From a bacterium (GTDB taxonomy: Bacteria; Arandabacterota; Arandabacteria; Arandabacterales; JALGWA01): a stretch of DNA of 17,138 nucleotides. Made by a program: the position numbers and the translations under genes. The notes below the pieces were generated by a model. It made no database searches. It was given only the letters and a program-made list of their open reading frames with translations, and was not told where the DNA came from. Positions 15,748-17,138 of the stretch are shown piece by piece. The stretch covers positions 1 to 17,138 of the forward strand of contig JASFEA010000071.1 in the NCBI GenBank assembly GCA_050125095.1, written 5' to 3'. The stretch's first letter is position 1; every line of letters begins with the position of its first letter.

Positions 15748-16839
15748 ATGGAAGCAATGGAAAGCCTGAAATCTCCTTATCTGATGGGCCCGCTGGTCTT
15801 CGTGATCTGGGTGCTGGTTCTAACTCTAATAACAAGAGTCATTTACGGCAGACTTCGCCGCCTGGCCGCGCACACATCCACCGACATCGACGACATACTC
15901 ATCGGGGCCTTACGATTGCCTGTGCTCCTGGTCATCCTGGTGTCCGGCGGGTACATGATGGTGAGGATACTGCCGCTCGGCCCGGAATGGAGCAGGTGGG
16001 TGGCCGTTTCCATAAAGGTCGCAATCATAATCGCGGGCGTGATTTTCGCGGACGCTCTCGTCAAAGCCGCCCTCAAGCGCGCCTCCGGCAGGGTCGAGTA
16101 CCTGAAGTCCTCGCCAGGCGTTATACATACGGCCGTGCGCGGTATGATCGTGCTGCTGGCCATCCTCATCGGCCTGGATACGGTGGGCGTGTCCATAACT
16201 CCTCTCATAGCTTCGCTGGGGGTCGGCAGCCTGGCCGTGGCCCTCGCGCTTCAGTCGCCGCTCTCCAATTTCTTCGCGGGCATCCAGATTGCCGCCGACA
16301 AGCCCATCGAGCTCGGCCAGTATATCAAGCTGGACACCGGGGAGGAGGGCTATGTCACGAAGATCGGGTGGAGAACGACCACAATCAGGGCGCTGCCGAA
16401 CAACCTCATCGTCATTCCCAATTCCCGGATCATGGACGCCATAATCACCAATTACTACCTCCCGGAGAAGTCTCTGTCCATACTGGTCAATGTCGGTGTC
16501 CACTACAGCAGTGACCTCGAGCACGTGGAGCGGGTCACTGTGGAAGTTGCCAGAGACGTTCTCCAGACAGTTGAAGGCGGCAAAAAGGACTTCGAACCTT
16601 TCATAAGATATAACACATTCGGGGATTCCAGCATCGGCTTCACGGTCATACTGCGCGCCGAGGAGTTCGTCAACGGATACCTGATCAAGCATGAGTTCAT
16701 AAAGCGGCTGCACAAGCGCTACGCAGAGGAAGGGATAGTAATACCGTTCCCGATACGGACTCTCGACATAAAGAGAGACGACCTGCTTCTGATGAGGGGC
16801 GACGCCCGGGGGGGCGGAGCCGCGCAAGGAGGGCTGTAA
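15748..16839 (+). CDS. Small-conductance mechanosensitive channel (MscS family)
   Basis: TM3 motif LIASLGVGSLAVALALQ..LSNFFAG, then KPIELGQYI, GYVTKIGWRTT, IPNS and IPFPIRTL. ATG 15724 overlaps the -10 box, so ATG 15748 (GGGGGTGAG upstream) or ATG 15757 is preferred. Confidence 0.92.
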   Translation: MEAMESLKSPYLMGPLVFVIWVLVLTLITRVIYGRLRRLAAHTSTDIDDILIGALRLPVLLVILVSGGYMMVRILPLGPEWSRWVAVSIKVAIIIAGVIFADALVKAALKRASGRVEYLKSSPGVIHTAVRGMIVLLAILIGLDTVGVSITPLIASLGVGSLAVALALQSPLSNFFAGIQIAADKPIELGQYIKLDTGEEGYVTKIGWRTTTIRALPNNLIVIPNSRIMDAIITNYYLPEKSLSILVNVGVHYSSDLEHVERVTVEVARDVLQTVEGGKKDFEPFIRYNTFGDSSIGFTVILRAEEFVNGYLIKHEFIKRLHKRYAEEGIVIPFPIRTLDIKRDDLLLMRGDARGGGAAQGGL

Positions 16840-17138
16840 TGGAGTTCAAGGTAGGCCAGGACATAGTGTACCCCGAATACGGGCTCGGCAGGATCCTCGA
16901 GATAAAGAACAGGAAAGTCGGGCGCCAGCGTATAAAGGGCATTGTGATAAAGTTCCCGGCCATGCATATGAAAGTCTGGGTGCCTGAAGACCGGCTCAAG
17001 GATACCAAGGTGCGGAAGCCCATATCCAAATACATGGTAAAGAAAGTCTACGGGGTGCTGAAGGGCAGGGCGAGGTTCCGGCTGGGCACCAAGGCCAAGG
17101 AAAGGGCGCAGAACTACAAGGAAAAGGTCCTATCGGGG
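16839..17138 (+). CDS. CarD/CdnL-family transcription regulator, divergent, 3'-truncated by the window edge
   Basis: Not in the ORF track because there is no stop codon in the window. Manual translation: MEFKVGQDIVYPEYGLGRILEIKNRKVGRQRIKGIVIKFPAMHMKVWVPEDRLKDTKVRKPISKYMVKKVYGVLKGRARFRLGTKAKERAQNYKEKVLSG. This matches the CarD pattern FKVGD.VVYP.HG.G.I..I...V.VP......R..I...EK..SG. RBS AAGGAGG and TAATG overlap with the mscS stop codon. Confidence 0.82.
   Translation, partial: MEFKVGQDIVYPEYGLGRILEIKNRKVGRQRIKGIVIKFPAMHMKVWVPEDRLKDTKVRKPISKYMVKKVYGVLKGRARFRLGTKAKERAQNYKEKVLSG

Noticed and set aside
15910-17035. Minus-strand ORFs opposite mscS and the carD-like gene
   Set aside because: The plus-strand frames carry clear family motifs and RBSs, so these are shadows.
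1-17138. CRISPR arrays, tRNA/rRNA, IS or integrase genes, defence systems, recoded stop codons
   Set aside because: No spaced direct repeats, RNA gene signatures, transposase or integrase motifs, or interrupted reading frames were seen. Intact CDSs explain nearly the whole window.

Overview
GC-rich (roughly 60% by eye), gene-dense bacterial chromosomal window. The gene content suggests a diderm FCB-superphylum organism; this is an inference from the PorV-like barrels and the T9SS/FlgD-type C-terminal sorting domains. From left to right: a 5'-truncated M42 aminopeptidase (+); an SppA/S49 protease carrying an extra N-terminal PorV/FadL-like beta-barrel region (-); a monocistronic secreted tandem OB-fold protein with a C-terminal sorting domain (CTD), a near-consensus promoter and a terminator (-); and a YihY/BrkB membrane protein (+). 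Next is a probable six-gene minus-strand operon: TonB-dependent receptor, PorV-family barrel, beta-propeller lipoprotein, CTD-bearing secreted protein, lipoprotein and an ECF S-component-like membrane protein. Divergent from it are an MscS channel gene and a translationally coupled, 3'-truncated CarD-family gene that is missing from the ORF track and appears to lack the conserved DNA-wedging Trp. No RNA genes, CRISPR arrays or mobile elements were seen. The strongest candidates for novel biology are the SusD-less TBDR-PorV-CTD uptake operon and the barrel-SppA fusion. All family calls come from motif recognition by eye, not database searches.
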